Positions 10,086 to 20,487 of a stretch of 64,000 nucleotides of DNA are shown piece after piece. How positions within the stretch are numbered: the stretch's first letter is position 1; every line of letters starts with the position of its first letter. Source of the DNA: Leptospiraceae bacterium. Lineage in GTDB: Bacteria > Spirochaetota > Leptospiria > Leptospirales > Leptonemataceae. A program made the position numbers and the translations under genes. Where the stretch lies: assembly GCA_040217195.1 (NCBI GenBank), contig JAVJNR010000005.1, forward strand, positions 352,001 to 416,000, given 5' to 3'. The notes beneath the pieces were generated by a model. The model saw nothing but the letters and a program-made list of their open reading frames with translations, was not told the origin of the DNA and did no database searches.

Positions 10086-10973
10086 ATGGAAATTGAGAAA
10101 CGGGAAAGTCCCATTGATCTTGTACTGGAGCCAAAGACCAGCGACATAGGAGGCGGCTTTCTGGTACGGCGAACCCTGCCTTCCAGATCCCGGCGAATGG
10201 TCGGTCCCTTCATTTTCTTTGATCATATGGGGCCGGTGGAATTTCCTCCGGGGAAAGGAATGAAAGTCTTGCCCCATCCACACATCGGACTGGCAACTGT
10301 GACCTATCTATTCGACGGAGAAATCTTACATCGAGACAGCGCTGGCTTTACGCAAGCCATTCGCCCTGGAGCCATCAACTGGATGGTGGCAGGTCGAGGG
10401 ATCGTTCATTCTGAGCGAGTCAGTCCTGAAATTGAAAGATCCGGCCAGACAATTCATGGTATTCAGCTCTGGGTGGCACTGCCTGAAGCCTCAGAAGATA
10501 TGGAGCCTGCATTTTTCCATCATTCAGCAGACTCCCTGCCCCGACTGAGTCCACAGCCCGGACTGGAAATTCGAATACTAATTGGCTCTGCCTTTGGAGT
10601 AACATCTCCGGTGCATACTTATTCCAGAATGTTGTATGCAGAAGCAAAACTCAGCAAAGGCTGCGAATGGACAGTGCCTGTCCTGGAAAAGGAGCAGGCA
10701 CTTTATGTGGCCACAGGCTCCATTGAAGCAGACTCTAGTTCATTTTCATCCGGTTCCATGCTAGTAATAAAAGAAGGACAGGAGCTGCGCCTGTCTACCA
10801 GTGAAGAAACCATTCTGATGATCCTGGGTGGCGATTCGCCGGGAAAAAGAAAAATCTACTGGAACTTTGTACATTCCAGACCCGAAGTGATAGAACAGGC
10901 AAAGCAACTCTGGAAGGACCAGAAATTTCCAGCCATTGAAGGCGAAACGGAATTTGTGCCTCTGCCCGAATAA
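10086..10973 (+). CDS. Pirin family protein
   Basis: GPFIFFDHMGP, PHPHIGLATVTYLFDG, HRDS, WMVAGRGIVHSE, GIQLWVALP. Confidence 0.95.
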   Translation: MEIEKRESPIDLVLEPKTSDIGGGFLVRRTLPSRSRRMVGPFIFFDHMGPVEFPPGKGMKVLPHPHIGLATVTYLFDGEILHRDSAGFTQAIRPGAINWMVAGRGIVHSERVSPEIERSGQTIHGIQLWVALPEASEDMEPAFFHHSADSLPRLSPQPGLEIRILIGSAFGVTSPVHTYSRMLYAEAKLSKGCEWTVPVLEKEQALYVATGSIEADSSSFSSGSMLVIKEGQELRLSTSEETILMILGGDSPGKRKIYWNFVHSRPEVIEQAKQLWKDQKFPAIEGETEFVPLPE

Positions 10974-11006
10974 ACGTCCGCCTACTGTGCCAGACAAGAA
11001 CTCATC

Positions 11007-11441
11007 GTGCGAATTCGAAGGAAGATAAAGACCTATCTGCGATTTATCCGCGCCCGTTTTAATCGAAGCCTGGGAGCGTTGCTTTCTATTCTGGCGCTTG
11101 CAGCATGGGCGGCCGGTTGGATTCCAGGACTACATGCCTTTGTATTAATCTGCGTATCCATCGCCATTTTTCTGTATCGAAAGCCACCAGAACAAGATCT
11201 GGGCCTTGATATGCAGAAGAAGGAACCGGAGCCGGTTGTAGTAGCCCAGAGCGCAAACTATGCATTGATCCAAATCTGGGCAGAATCCCTGCACGATGAA
11301 GGCATACCCACAGAGACCAGGGATGAATTTATTGGAAGTATCCTTTCCCAGCCAGGAAGAAGCTACTCCGAGATCAAACTGCTGGTTCCTCCTGTATTCG
11401 AAAAAAGGGCCAGATTAATTCTTCAGGAAGGTAATTCCTGA
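11007..11441 (+). CDS. Membrane protein with a C-terminal DUF2007-like (putative signal-transducing) domain
   Basis: Two TM segments, then LHDEGIP...IKLLVP...RARLIL. The stop overlaps the next start (TGATG). Confidence 0.6.
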   Translation: MRIRRKIKTYLRFIRARFNRSLGALLSILALAAWAAGWIPGLHAFVLICVSIAIFLYRKPPEQDLGLDMQKKEPEPVVVAQSANYALIQIWAESLHDEGIPTETRDEFIGSILSQPGRSYSEIKLLVPPVFEKRARLILQEGNS

Positions 11442-11965
11442 TGCCTGAAATGGATAGATATATTCTTCGCACGGAACGCTTAATCCTTCGGCCGGTTACC
11501 GGATCTGATCTACCGGATTTGCATACAATTTTCGTGAACCCACATGTTCGAAAGTATCTGCTGGATGATACAATTATGGATGAGCAGTGGACTCAATCCA
11601 TCATTGATCGCAGCATTCTACGATTCGAAAAAGAGAAATGCGGCATCTGGATCATGGACTATAACAATGCAAAAGCTGGATTCGTTGGAATGCATACATT
11701 TCATGATCCGCCAGAGTTACAACTGCTCTATGGACTGTTACCAGAGTACTGTGGTCTTGGTCTTGCAACAGAAGCCGCCAGCAAAGTAATTGATTACTGC
11801 TTTGAACTGGGGCATGCAAAGGTTCTGGCAAGTACCGATGAACCGAACCAGAACTCAGAAAAGGTAATGCAACGTCTTGGAATGAAATTTGTAAAAAAAG
11901 AATCCCTGAGCACGGGCCTCACTTTGTTCTATGAAATCTATTTAGATCCGCATACTGGCCCCTAG
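11441..11965 (+). CDS. GNAT family N-acetyltransferase (RimJ/RimL-like)
   Basis: LRTERLILRP, YGLLPEYCGLGLATEA, NQNSEKVMQRLGM. Confidence 0.9.
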   Translation: MPEMDRYILRTERLILRPVTGSDLPDLHTIFVNPHVRKYLLDDTIMDEQWTQSIIDRSILRFEKEKCGIWIMDYNNAKAGFVGMHTFHDPPELQLLYGLLPEYCGLGLATEAASKVIDYCFELGHAKVLASTDEPNQNSEKVMQRLGMKFVKKESLSTGLTLFYEIYLDPHTGP

Positions 11966-12010
11966 CTTTATTTCATTGCAATTTGTAGCAGATGTTGGAA
12001 GCTTCATTTA

Positions 12011-13882
12011 ATGGAAGGAGTCAACCAGGAGAAGCAGAGGCTGGCCGCTTTGTACAGCTACGAAATTCTGGATACAGATGCGGAGCAGGCCTTCGATGAC
12101 CTGGTCGCAATGGCCTCTTTTATCTGTAAGACTCCTATTTCCCTGGTATCTCTGGTGGATTCTGGCCGGCAATGGTTCAAAGCCCGTGTTGGAATTGATA
12201 TCCAGGAAACTTCTAGAGACGTTTCCTTTTGTTCCTATGCTATTCAGGAAAGAGGGGTTTTTGAAATAGAAGATGCCAGTACCGATGAGCGATTCTATTT
12301 AAATCCTCTGGTGCAAGAAGATCCAAATATTAGATTCTATGCAGGCGCTCCACTACTAACTCCTGAAGGCGAAGCAATCGGCACTCTATGTGTCATAGAT
12401 AGACAGCCGGGAAAATTGAGTGAGGAGCAAAAAGATCTGCTGAAACGCATGGCAAACCAGGTCATGAATCAAATGGAGCTTCGAAAAAGGATCAAGGAAG
12501 AGAAAGCCATTCGTAGCGCTTTAAAACAAACCCTGGGATTACAGAAAGCCATTTTCGATAGCGCCAATTTTAGCATCATTTCCACAGATCTGGATGGAAT
12601 CATCCATACCTTCAACCACGGCGCTTCCAGGATGCTTGGCTACTCCGTAGATGAGATTGTAGGCAAAACAGATCCGGGTATTTTCCATGATTCCCATGAA
12701 ATAGTGAACCGGGCCATCGAACTGTCCAGGCAGATGGATAGAATGATTAACCCTGGCTTTGAAGTCTTTGTAACCACATGCCATGAAACGTTGAAACCGG
12801 ATGAAAGGGAGTGGACTTATATTCGAAAAGACGGCAGCCGATTTCCGGTGCTGCTTTCCATAACTCCGGTGCTACAGGACGGCCGAATTATAGGCTACCT
12901 GGGAATTGCACGAGATATCTCAGAAACGCGAAAACTTCAAATAGAACGAGAGGAGATGTCCGAAGAGATTGTCCGTGCAAATAAGCTGCTGGAAGCTGAA
13001 CTGGAAGAAGCCTCTGTAAGGTACAAGCATCTGGTTGAGGCTTCGCCGGAAATGATCTTTTCCATGGAACTGGATGGAACATTGCGTTCCATGAATCATC
13101 GAGTAAAAAGCCTTCTAGGCTATGCTCCGGAAGACGTGGTTGGAAAGAATATCATGGATCTTCTGGGAAAGGATTCCAGCGCCTTTAACTTTGAAGGAAG
13201 ACTCCTTCTCGATCGACTAAAGAACCTGACAGAAGATCGTCGCAGAATTGAGACCGACTTGCCTTTTCTGACTCGTGGAGGGAATACACTGGAGCTCCAT
13301 ATTACCCTGGACTATGTCCATCTTGGCTGGCCCATTGTATTTGGCCGGGCTGCACAAATTCATCATGATGTGTTGAGCCAGTATGTAATCTCCGCGTCCC
13401 GGGAACTGGAGCTAGGAAACGATATTCAGCTCATTGACTCCATAAGCAAAAGTATTGCAGAAACGGCATCTCGTTGTATGGATGAATCAGACCGAATGGG
13501 CGTGACTCTGGGGATCCGTGAGATGCTGATCAATGCAATTGAACACGGAAACCTGGGCATCTCTTTTGAAGAAAAAAGCCAGGCACTGGAAGAGGACAGA
13601 TACTTTGACCTGGTAAGGTACAGGCTGCAGGATCCGCAGGTTCGCAAAAAACGCATCCGGGTAGGATTTGATTTTAATCAGAATCAGCTTGAGGTCAGGA
13701 TTACCGATGAAGGCAGAGGCTTTAATACCGAGGAAATGCTATCCAGAGATATTCATTCAGACCAGGAGCGAAAAAGGATGCATGGGCGGGGCATTCGAAT
13801 TACACGTGAAATGTTCGACGAGATTCGCTACGATGGGAAAGGAAGTGAAGTGAAATTAAAGAAAATTTTCAGACCCTCCTGA
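12011..13882 (+). CDS. GAF-PAS-PAS sensor with a C-terminal RsbW/SpoIIAB-type ATPase (anti-sigma/Ser kinase) domain
   Basis: GAF (RLAALYSYEILDT...RFYAGAPL), two PAS modules, then EMLINAIEHGNL...ITDEGRGF...HGRGIRI. No HisKA helix is recognisable. Confidence 0.85.
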   Translation: MEGVNQEKQRLAALYSYEILDTDAEQAFDDLVAMASFICKTPISLVSLVDSGRQWFKARVGIDIQETSRDVSFCSYAIQERGVFEIEDASTDERFYLNPLVQEDPNIRFYAGAPLLTPEGEAIGTLCVIDRQPGKLSEEQKDLLKRMANQVMNQMELRKRIKEEKAIRSALKQTLGLQKAIFDSANFSIISTDLDGIIHTFNHGASRMLGYSVDEIVGKTDPGIFHDSHEIVNRAIELSRQMDRMINPGFEVFVTTCHETLKPDEREWTYIRKDGSRFPVLLSITPVLQDGRIIGYLGIARDISETRKLQIEREEMSEEIVRANKLLEAELEEASVRYKHLVEASPEMIFSMELDGTLRSMNHRVKSLLGYAPEDVVGKNIMDLLGKDSSAFNFEGRLLLDRLKNLTEDRRRIETDLPFLTRGGNTLELHITLDYVHLGWPIVFGRAAQIHHDVLSQYVISASRELELGNDIQLIDSISKSIAETASRCMDESDRMGVTLGIREMLINAIEHGNLGISFEEKSQALEEDRYFDLVRYRLQDPQVRKKRIRVGFDFNQNQLEVRITDEGRGFNTEEMLSRDIHSDQERKRMHGRGIRITREMFDEIRYDGKGSEVKLKKIFRPS

Positions 13883-14026
13883 ATCAGTTTTTTAGTTTTA
13901 TTGGTTCTCGCACCACCGCCGCATTGCTTTATACCAATCCTTCGTGCCTGGCTTTTCATTAGTCAATATACATAAAACCTATAATAGGGAGCGCTGCCCA
14001 GGCCCATTTTAGCTTCAGACCGGAAG

Positions 14027-15016
14027 CTACTGATCTAGATTTTCAATGTATTTCAGATAGGCGGAATATCGTAGAGGCACTTCTTCATAGGAAAGACGAT
14101 CCTTGAGCAAGTCGAAGTAAAACATGGCCTGCTTCTTCTTACCTTTGCTATGTAGAATCTTTCCCGCCTCAAAGGCAGCTTCGTATACATTGCCGGATTG
14201 TGCGATCACATATGGGTTGTATCGATAGGGAGAGTCGTAGCTGGATACGATTCGCTGGAACATCGCTAGAGCTAAATCCTCCCGGCCCTCTTTAAGCAAT
14301 TCCATGGCCTTTTCAAAATCTGCACTGGTCTTACTACCCAGCGACGATTCCCCGGCAGGTTGAAACAAAGATTTCAAAACCGCTGGGCCGGGAGTGGAAT
14401 GGGGACGGTACCATTGAACCATTAACTTTCCGTTCTTTCCTTTTTTTCCGTATTCCAGTCGCAGCGATACCTTTTCCAGACCCAGAGATTCCAGATAGGA
14501 AATGAGTCCAGACAACTGCTGGTAATCTGGTGTTGCAGGCCCTTCGACTTCCGCAAATTCCAGAGAAAGAGTGGGATTTACCAGAGATGTCATCCCTTCC
14601 AGGCTGCGATCCACCGGAAATTGCATACTATTTGCAGAAAGAGAATTCTTTCTGGAGAGATGCAACTTCAAAGGCATTCCAGCCAGCTCCCGAAACCTGG
14701 ATTCAATTTTCTCAAGAAGCAGCGCTTCCCAGGTTTTCAGCAGATAGTTCTCATATATTACCTGGTCATTGGAATAGCTGTAGTTTAGTTGGAATTTTAG
14801 CCGAGGCTTCTTCTCAGGAGTTAGTTCCAGGCGGGCCATGCCCCAGTTTCCTTCATTACGCTGCATATCCAGCGATTCTACCTTGAAGGACTCCAGATAC
14901 CTGCTTTCCAGATATCGCAGCGACTCCTGGGCTACAGTTTCTGCAGACGTACACTGGAGCAGATACCCGGCGCAGAGTACCAGCAATACAAAGGGGAAGG
15001 TCTGGATCTCTTTCAT
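14027..15016 (-). CDS. Hypothetical exported protein or lipoprotein with a C-terminal TPR-like helical region
   Basis: 329-aa ORF; N-terminal hydrophobic stretch ending LLQC; helical C-terminus. Confidence 0.65.
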   Translation of the reverse strand: MKEIQTFPFVLLVLCAGYLLQCTSAETVAQESLRYLESRYLESFKVESLDMQRNEGNWGMARLELTPEKKPRLKFQLNYSYSNDQVIYENYLLKTWEALLLEKIESRFRELAGMPLKLHLSRKNSLSANSMQFPVDRSLEGMTSLVNPTLSLEFAEVEGPATPDYQQLSGLISYLESLGLEKVSLRLEYGKKGKNGKLMVQWYRPHSTPGPAVLKSLFQPAGESSLGSKTSADFEKAMELLKEGREDLALAMFQRIVSSYDSPYRYNPYVIAQSGNVYEAAFEAGKILHSKGKKKQAMFYFDLLKDRLSYEEVPLRYSAYLKYIENLDQ

Positions 15017-15255
15017 GTTATTCTGTGCGATTCTTTAACAACTGGATGCAAACCATGGATAGTAGCAGCCAGGGGCAGTTCCCCAGCCGAAGGGGGCCCG
15101 GCGGTTGCCATAAATTCATTTATCTGATTAAAGGGATTTCTGGCCACCGATTCATCCTTTTGATGAAAGGGGTCTGCAATTACAGATCCCTTGTCTGATG
15201 AGGGATCTTCCGGCCGCCGGTTCATCCTACGGGTAAAAGGCTTTCCGGCTGCCAA
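15013..15255 (-). CDS. Possible small hypothetical protein
   Basis: Fills the gap after the SPFH gene, and its stop overlaps the next start (ATGA at 15013-15016). TTG start, no motif. Confidence 0.25.
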   Translation of the reverse strand: MAAGKPFTRRMNRRPEDPSSDKGSVIADPFHQKDESVARNPFNQINEFMATAGPPSAGELPLAATIHGLHPVVKESHRIT

Positions 15256-15349
15256 TTGAACTATATTGATATCAACTGGCTACCGGAGCTCAATAAGAAG
15301 TCCATTCAGGCTGCTTCTGCGAAATGCAGTAGGCAGCCCTCCACCGGGA

Positions 15350-16282
15350 TTACTTCTTCGCTGGATCCCCGGGAGCAAAGTTGCTCAGGCCATCCAAAAC
15401 ATCATCGATGCGAGAAAGATCCATGGGGAGAATCACCTGATTGCCTTCGCTGGCAATCCCTTCAAGCTTTCGCAGATAGTCCTCTGCCAGAGTCAAATAA
15501 ACGGCCGAAGATCCCCCGGGCTGAATGATAGACTGAGCAATCTTTTCAATACCTATTGCTGTAGCCTGAGCCAGAGATTCGATTTCCCGGGCCCTACCTT
15601 CTGCTTCATTGATCAGTTTTTGCTTTTCACCTTCCGAACGATTAATCATTTCCTGCATTTGACCTTCGGATCGGTTAATCTTACTGCGCATATCCCCTTC
15701 GGATATAGCAATCACAGCTCTCTTCTCTCGCTCAGCAGTCATCTGCTTTTCCATAGCATCAATTACTGATTCTGGAGGACTGATGTTCTGAATCTCATAA
15801 CGAAGAATCTTGATACCCCAGAAATCTGCAGCTTCATCCACTACTTTAACAATCTGTGCATTAATCGCTTCTCGTTCCTCGAAAGTCTTATCCAGGTCCA
15901 TATGACCGAATACAGATCTCATTGTTGTCTGAGCCAGTTGAATCAATGCATATCGATAGTTGGTGACGTTGTAGCCGGCCTTATAGGGATCCACAACCTT
16001 CATATACACAACGCCATCAACAGAGATAAGAACATTATCTCTTGTAATGCAGAGCTGGGAAGGAACATCTATGGCTTCTTCTTTCAGAGTTAGCTTATAG
16101 GCTACCTGGTCGAAGAATGGAACCAGAGGATGAAAACCTGCATACAGGCTTTTTCTGTATTTACCCAGACGCTCTACAATGTAAACATCCTGGGCAGGGA
16201 CAATTCGAATGGCCTTTGCAAACTTATATAGTACAAAGAGACCGAAAATGATGTAAAAAATTAATCCAAGAGTATCTAACAT
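15350..16282 (-). CDS. SPFH/band 7 (stomatin-like, paraslipin/QmcA-type) protein
   Basis: TM, then IVERLGKY, CITRDNV, QLAQTTMRS, MEKQMTAEREKRA. Confidence 0.93.
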   Translation of the reverse strand: MLDTLGLIFYIIFGLFVLYKFAKAIRIVPAQDVYIVERLGKYRKSLYAGFHPLVPFFDQVAYKLTLKEEAIDVPSQLCITRDNVLISVDGVVYMKVVDPYKAGYNVTNYRYALIQLAQTTMRSVFGHMDLDKTFEEREAINAQIVKVVDEAADFWGIKILRYEIQNISPPESVIDAMEKQMTAEREKRAVIAISEGDMRSKINRSEGQMQEMINRSEGEKQKLINEAEGRAREIESLAQATAIGIEKIAQSIIQPGGSSAVYLTLAEDYLRKLEGIASEGNQVILPMDLSRIDDVLDGLSNFAPGDPAKK

Positions 16283-16303
16283 AATCTTTCTCCAGACTCA
16301 GGC

Positions 16304-17245
16304 TCAGCCCTGTCTTCCTCCTGTAGTTTTTCCTGGACTTTCCAGGCCGCTCATCAGCCCTTTCAGACCTTCGAATGTGCTCTGGATGGTTGCAGGTCCC
16401 AGAGGCACTACCTGAGTTCTGGACTTTTCCACTACCTGGCCGAACCGCTTGATAAACTCTTCAGCGATTCGCAGTCTGACTGCATCATCGCCGCCGGGCT
16501 TCTGAATTGCGGAAGCCACCAGCTGAATGGAATTGGCCGTGGCAGCCGAGATAAGCTCAATTTGCCGCGCCTGGCCTTCAGCCACATTAATCCTTCGCTG
16601 TTTTTCACCTTCAGACATGTTAATCGCTTCTTGACGATCCCCTTCCGACCGGTTAATGGTAGCTGCCCGCTCCCCTTCGGAATGGAAAATTTCAGCCCGC
16701 TTATCTCGCTCGGCAGTCATTTGCTTTTCCATGGTGGCCAGCACTGAACGAGGAGGCATGATGTTCTTAATCTCATACCGAATTACCTTAACTCCCCAGG
16801 GATCGCTGGCCATATCCACTGCCTGAATAATATCTTCGTTGATTTTTTCCCTTTCCATGAAGGTGCGATCCATCTCTATCTTACCGATTTCAGATCGCAT
16901 ATTGGTCTGAGCCAACTGAATGGAAGCAAATCTGTAATCACTGATGCCATAGCTGGCTTTGGTGGGATCCAGTACCTTCAAATACAGGATTCCATCCACT
17001 TCCACCTGAACGTTGTCCCTGGTAATACATACCTGAGGAGGCACATCGATGGTTTGCTCTTTGAGGATATGCCGGTAGGCCACTCGATCCACAATAGGAA
17101 TCAGGAAATGAAATCCTGGCTCCAGTACCTTATTGAAGTTACCCAGTCGTTCCTTGACATAGGCATGTTGTTGAGGCACAATAACAAAGGTTTTAATCAC
17201 CAGTAGAATTATAACGACCAGTGCAACAGCGCTGTAAAATAGCAT
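16304..17245 (-). CDS. SPFH/band 7 (stomatin-like, paraslipin/QmcA-type) protein, second paralog
   Basis: Start MLFYS at 17245 with AAGGAG upstream; KERLGNF, CITRDNVQVEVDG, QLAQTNMRSEIG, MEKQMTAERDKRA. Confidence 0.93.
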   Translation of the reverse strand: MLFYSAVALVVIILLVIKTFVIVPQQHAYVKERLGNFNKVLEPGFHFLIPIVDRVAYRHILKEQTIDVPPQVCITRDNVQVEVDGILYLKVLDPTKASYGISDYRFASIQLAQTNMRSEIGKIEMDRTFMEREKINEDIIQAVDMASDPWGVKVIRYEIKNIMPPRSVLATMEKQMTAERDKRAEIFHSEGERAATINRSEGDRQEAINMSEGEKQRRINVAEGQARQIELISAATANSIQLVASAIQKPGGDDAVRLRIAEEFIKRFGQVVEKSRTQVVPLGPATIQSTFEGLKGLMSGLESPGKTTGGRQG

Positions 17246-17246
17246 T

Positions 17247-17708
17247 TTAGTTCTCCTTGGGGGCTCCGTAAACGATAAGGGTGAGATTGTCCCGTCCAGC
17301 AATTTTTGCAAAACTACCTGCCGGAATCTGCTCGGCCGGGTCCTGACATCGGGCTTTCCAGGTAGTTCCCATGAAACGTACCCGTCCTCGATCCGATTTT
17401 CCATCCACCAGATTCACTACTTCCACGTCTCGATCCAGATATTCGGATTCATCACTGCCTTCGGTTTTTTCAAGGGAAGGAAAGATCTTACGTACCTGCT
17501 CGCGCAGAAGTCCAATCATGAGGCCCGAAGAGATGAGCCAGAAAAACATCTGACCTGCAAGACCGGGAATCAAATCAAAGAATACAATGGCTCCGGTCAG
17601 CAATGCACCGAAGCCAAGAAATATTACAACCAGCCCTGGAATGAAAGGCTCCAGGACTATCAAGGCCAGACCGATGGAAAGCCAGACCAGATAGGAAAAT
17701 CCACCCAT
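17247..17708 (-). CDS. NfeD-like membrane protein (SPFH partner)
   Basis: Hydrophobic N-terminus (WLSIGLALIVLE) and an OB-like C-terminus GRVRFMGTTWKA...GRDNLTLIV; directly upstream of the SPFH genes. Confidence 0.88.
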   Translation of the reverse strand: MGGFSYLVWLSIGLALIVLEPFIPGLVVIFLGFGALLTGAIVFFDLIPGLAGQMFFWLISSGLMIGLLREQVRKIFPSLEKTEGSDESEYLDRDVEVVNLVDGKSDRGRVRFMGTTWKARCQDPAEQIPAGSFAKIAGRDNLTLIVYGAPKEN

Positions 17709-17710
17709 AG

Positions 17711-19132
17711 TTAGCCTTTACGGCGTAAATAGGCGGGGATGTCCAGATCATCCTCGCTCACAGTCCTTTTTTTCTCTGCAGATACCCGGTTTCTACCAGC
17801 AGTTCGATAATACTCCTCCGCATCCATAGGAGTGGCCATTCCATTGCCAAAATCGTCTCCAGATACCTTGCGAGCCGGCATGGACTGGCTTCTGGGCGCA
17901 GACTCTGCTTGCTCCAGGTCGAAATCGTCGTAAATTTCCTGCATTCTTGGAACTGCCTGCTCTTCATCGGAACGATAGAATTGACGCATACTTACCACCG
18001 GTGGTGCTTCTGGCTCGGTTTCTGCTTCAGGGAGAGAACTTCCGGAGCGCATTCCACCAGCCTTTCGGGGTCTGCCTTTGAGCTCCTGCTCTGCAGCTTC
18101 CTGCACAGGATGATAGGGCCGAACTCGTCCATCCTCCTGATAGCCCTTCCAGCCCACAGGTTTCTTCTTATTTCCAGACTTATCGAATCCAGTTGCAATT
18201 ACGGTCACTCTCATTCGATCTCTAAGACCTTCATCGATGGTAAGTCCGATGATGATATTTGCCTGAGGATCCACATGAGCTGTGACCAGCTCGGATACAT
18301 CCTTCCATTCAGCCATGCTCAGATCTTCTCCACCGCATACATTGATCAGAACTCCAGTAGCTCCTTCAATGTTCATATCTTCCAGAAGTGCATTGTTGAT
18401 GGCCAGGTTTACGGCATCCATAACACGGTTTTCTCCGATACCTTCTCCAGAACCCATAATTGCATCGCCGGTTTCTGCCATAATGCTTCGCACATCTGCA
18501 AAGTCCACATTCACCAGTCCTGCAGTGTTTATTAAATCAGAGATTCCGCGAACCGCACCTAGCAGGATTTCATCCACCATGCGAAAAGCCACATCAACAG
18601 GAGTGGTTCGATCCACTACTTTGAATATGTGGTCATTCTTGATCGTGATCAGTGTATCCACGTGATCCTTCATGGCCTCCATACCTTTTACAGCATGTTT
18701 CATTCGCCGGGCTCCTTCCATCTGAAATGGAAGTGTGATCACACCCACCGTGAGAGCACCTACGCTACGGGCCACTTCAGCTACGATAGGTGCAGCCCCG
18801 GTTCCGGTACCGCCGCCCATTCCGGCGGTAATAAATACCATATCTGCACCCTTGAGGGTTTGAGCCAGGCGATCCCTGTCTTCCTGGGCTGCTCGCAGAC
18901 CCACCTCTGGATCACCACCGGCACCCATGCCCCGGGTGGTCTTCTGACCGATGACTACCTTTTCTTCTGCGGCTGACAGACGAATCACCTGCTCATCCGT
19001 ATTCACCACTATAAATTCCACGCCTTTCAAATCCGCATCGATCATGCGATTAACGGCATTCATTCCGCCGCCGCCAACTCCCACGACTTTGATTTGCGTA
19101 GGTGAGGTCTTTTCTTCTTCAAGTTGTAACAT
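17711..19132 (-). CDS. ftsZ: Cell division protein FtsZ
   Basis: [39 protein letters not shown]-terminal [10 protein letters not shown]. Confidence 0.99.
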   Translation of the reverse strand: MLQLEEEKTSPTQIKVVGVGGGGMNAVNRMIDADLKGVEFIVVNTDEQVIRLSAAEEKVVIGQKTTRGMGAGGDPEVGLRAAQEDRDRLAQTLKGADMVFITAGMGGGTGTGAAPIVAEVARSVGALTVGVITLPFQMEGARRMKHAVKGMEAMKDHVDTLITIKNDHIFKVVDRTTPVDVAFRMVDEILLGAVRGISDLINTAGLVNVDFADVRSIMAETGDAIMGSGEGIGENRVMDAVNLAINNALLEDMNIEGATGVLINVCGGEDLSMAEWKDVSELVTAHVDPQANIIIGLTIDEGLRDRMRVTVIATGFDKSGNKKKPVGWKGYQEDGRVRPYHPVQEAAEQELKGRPRKAGGMRSGSSLPEAETEPEAPPVVSMRQFYRSDEEQAVPRMQEIYDDFDLEQAESAPRSQSMPARKVSGDDFGNGMATPMDAEEYYRTAGRNRVSAEKKRTVSEDDLDIPAYLRRKG

Positions 19133-19266
19133 AGCAAGCTTCCTTTATCTATATTTAGCGCCTCTGTGAATACTCATCTGAGTTTTTATCCAGAAGCGAT
19201 GCAGCCTTCCCGGACTACAGCCCCACCATTCCCATAATGTATGCGCATTGCGCTTTTCTTTCCCAG

Positions 19267-20487
19267 TTAAAGGTTTTCCTGAAACCAGGTCTTTAGCCTG
19301 GATATCAAACCGCCCTGATTTTCTATTTGTTGTGGGGCGGTACCTTCATCTCCCAGACGAGCAGCAAATCGAAGCAGGCCTACTGAAGTAGCATACTCCG
19401 GACTATCCACTCGATCTGAAAATCCTCCCACTTGCGCAGGAGAAGCAACCGTTGCATTTAATCCCAGAATTTCTTCTGCCAGACTCACTGTACCGTCCAG
19501 TAAAGAGGCTCCACCGGTAAGCACCAGGCCTCCAGCCAGAGCATTCTTTTTCCCGGATCGCACAAGTTGCTCATCTATGAATTCGAATATTTCAGTCATT
19601 CTTGGCTCTATGATAGCCGCTATATCCTTGACCAGAACCCAGCGCGGTGGACGACCACTAACTGCTGGAAGCTCAACCTTATCCGTTGGATCCACAAGAT
19701 TGGTCCTTGCGCAACCCATGGTCTTTTTTACAATCTCTGCCTGTTCCAGAGGAAGCTTCAATCCAATGGAGAGATCTTGAGTTACATGAATCCCGCCCAG
19801 AGGTATAACAGAGGAAAAGAATAGTCCACCTTCCAGGTAGATGGCAATGTCGCAAACGCCGCCACCCATATCTACAACTACGGTGCCCAGGTCCTTCTCG
19901 CCGGCAGAAAGACTGGACTCGGAAGAAGCCAGGGAGCTCATTATTCCATCCACCATTCGGATCCCGGCACCATTTACCGCTTTGTTTAGATTCGTAAGAG
20001 CCGTTTTGGCAGCCATTACAATGTGCACTTCCCCTTCCAGCCGCACTCCGGTCATCCCGATGGGGTCTTTGATGCCTGTCTGATCATCCACGCTGAATTC
20101 GCGGGCCAGAACATGAAGGATTTCCTGATCTGCCGGGATGCGAACATACTGGGCTCCTTCGATCACTCGATAGACATCATTTTCGGTTACAACTCTCTCC
20201 CGGTTGGTTATTGCAACTACGCCGCGAGAATTCTCTCCATGCAGATGCTTTCCAGAAACGTTTACATAAGCATCCTGCACCATCATTCCGCTCATGAGCT
20301 CCGCTTCCCGGGCTGCATCAGCTATGGATTGCACAACGTTTTCAATATTGACGACTACCCCTCCGCGAACGCCCCGGGAAGGGACGGCCCCAACGCCTAC
20401 CACTTCCATACCTTCGTCCGCAAGTCGACCAACCACTACTCTCGTAAGGCTGGATCCGATATCTATGGCGCTTAAAAATTCCTTCAT
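19267..20487 (-). CDS. ftsA: Cell division protein FtsA
   Basis: AIDIGSS, DPIGMTGVRLE, VDMGGG, LVLTGGASLL, YATSVGLL. Confidence 0.97.
   Translation of the reverse strand: MKEFLSAIDIGSSLTRVVVGRLADEGMEVVGVGAVPSRGVRGGVVVNIENVVQSIADAAREAELMSGMMVQDAYVNVSGKHLHGENSRGVVAITNRERVVTENDVYRVIEGAQYVRIPADQEILHVLAREFSVDDQTGIKDPIGMTGVRLEGEVHIVMAAKTALTNLNKAVNGAGIRMVDGIMSSLASSESSLSAGEKDLGTVVVDMGGGVCDIAIYLEGGLFFSSVIPLGGIHVTQDLSIGLKLPLEQAEIVKKTMGCARTNLVDPTDKVELPAVSGRPPRWVLVKDIAAIIEPRMTEIFEFIDEQLVRSGKKNALAGGLVLTGGASLLDGTVSLAEEILGLNATVASPAQVGGFSDRVDSPEYATSVGLLRFAARLGDEGTAPQQIENQGGLISRLKTWFQENL

Noticed and set aside
17246..17404. N-terminal extension of the second SPFH ORF
   Set aside because: Overlaps nfeD; the ATG at 17245 has a good RBS and begins the TM segment.
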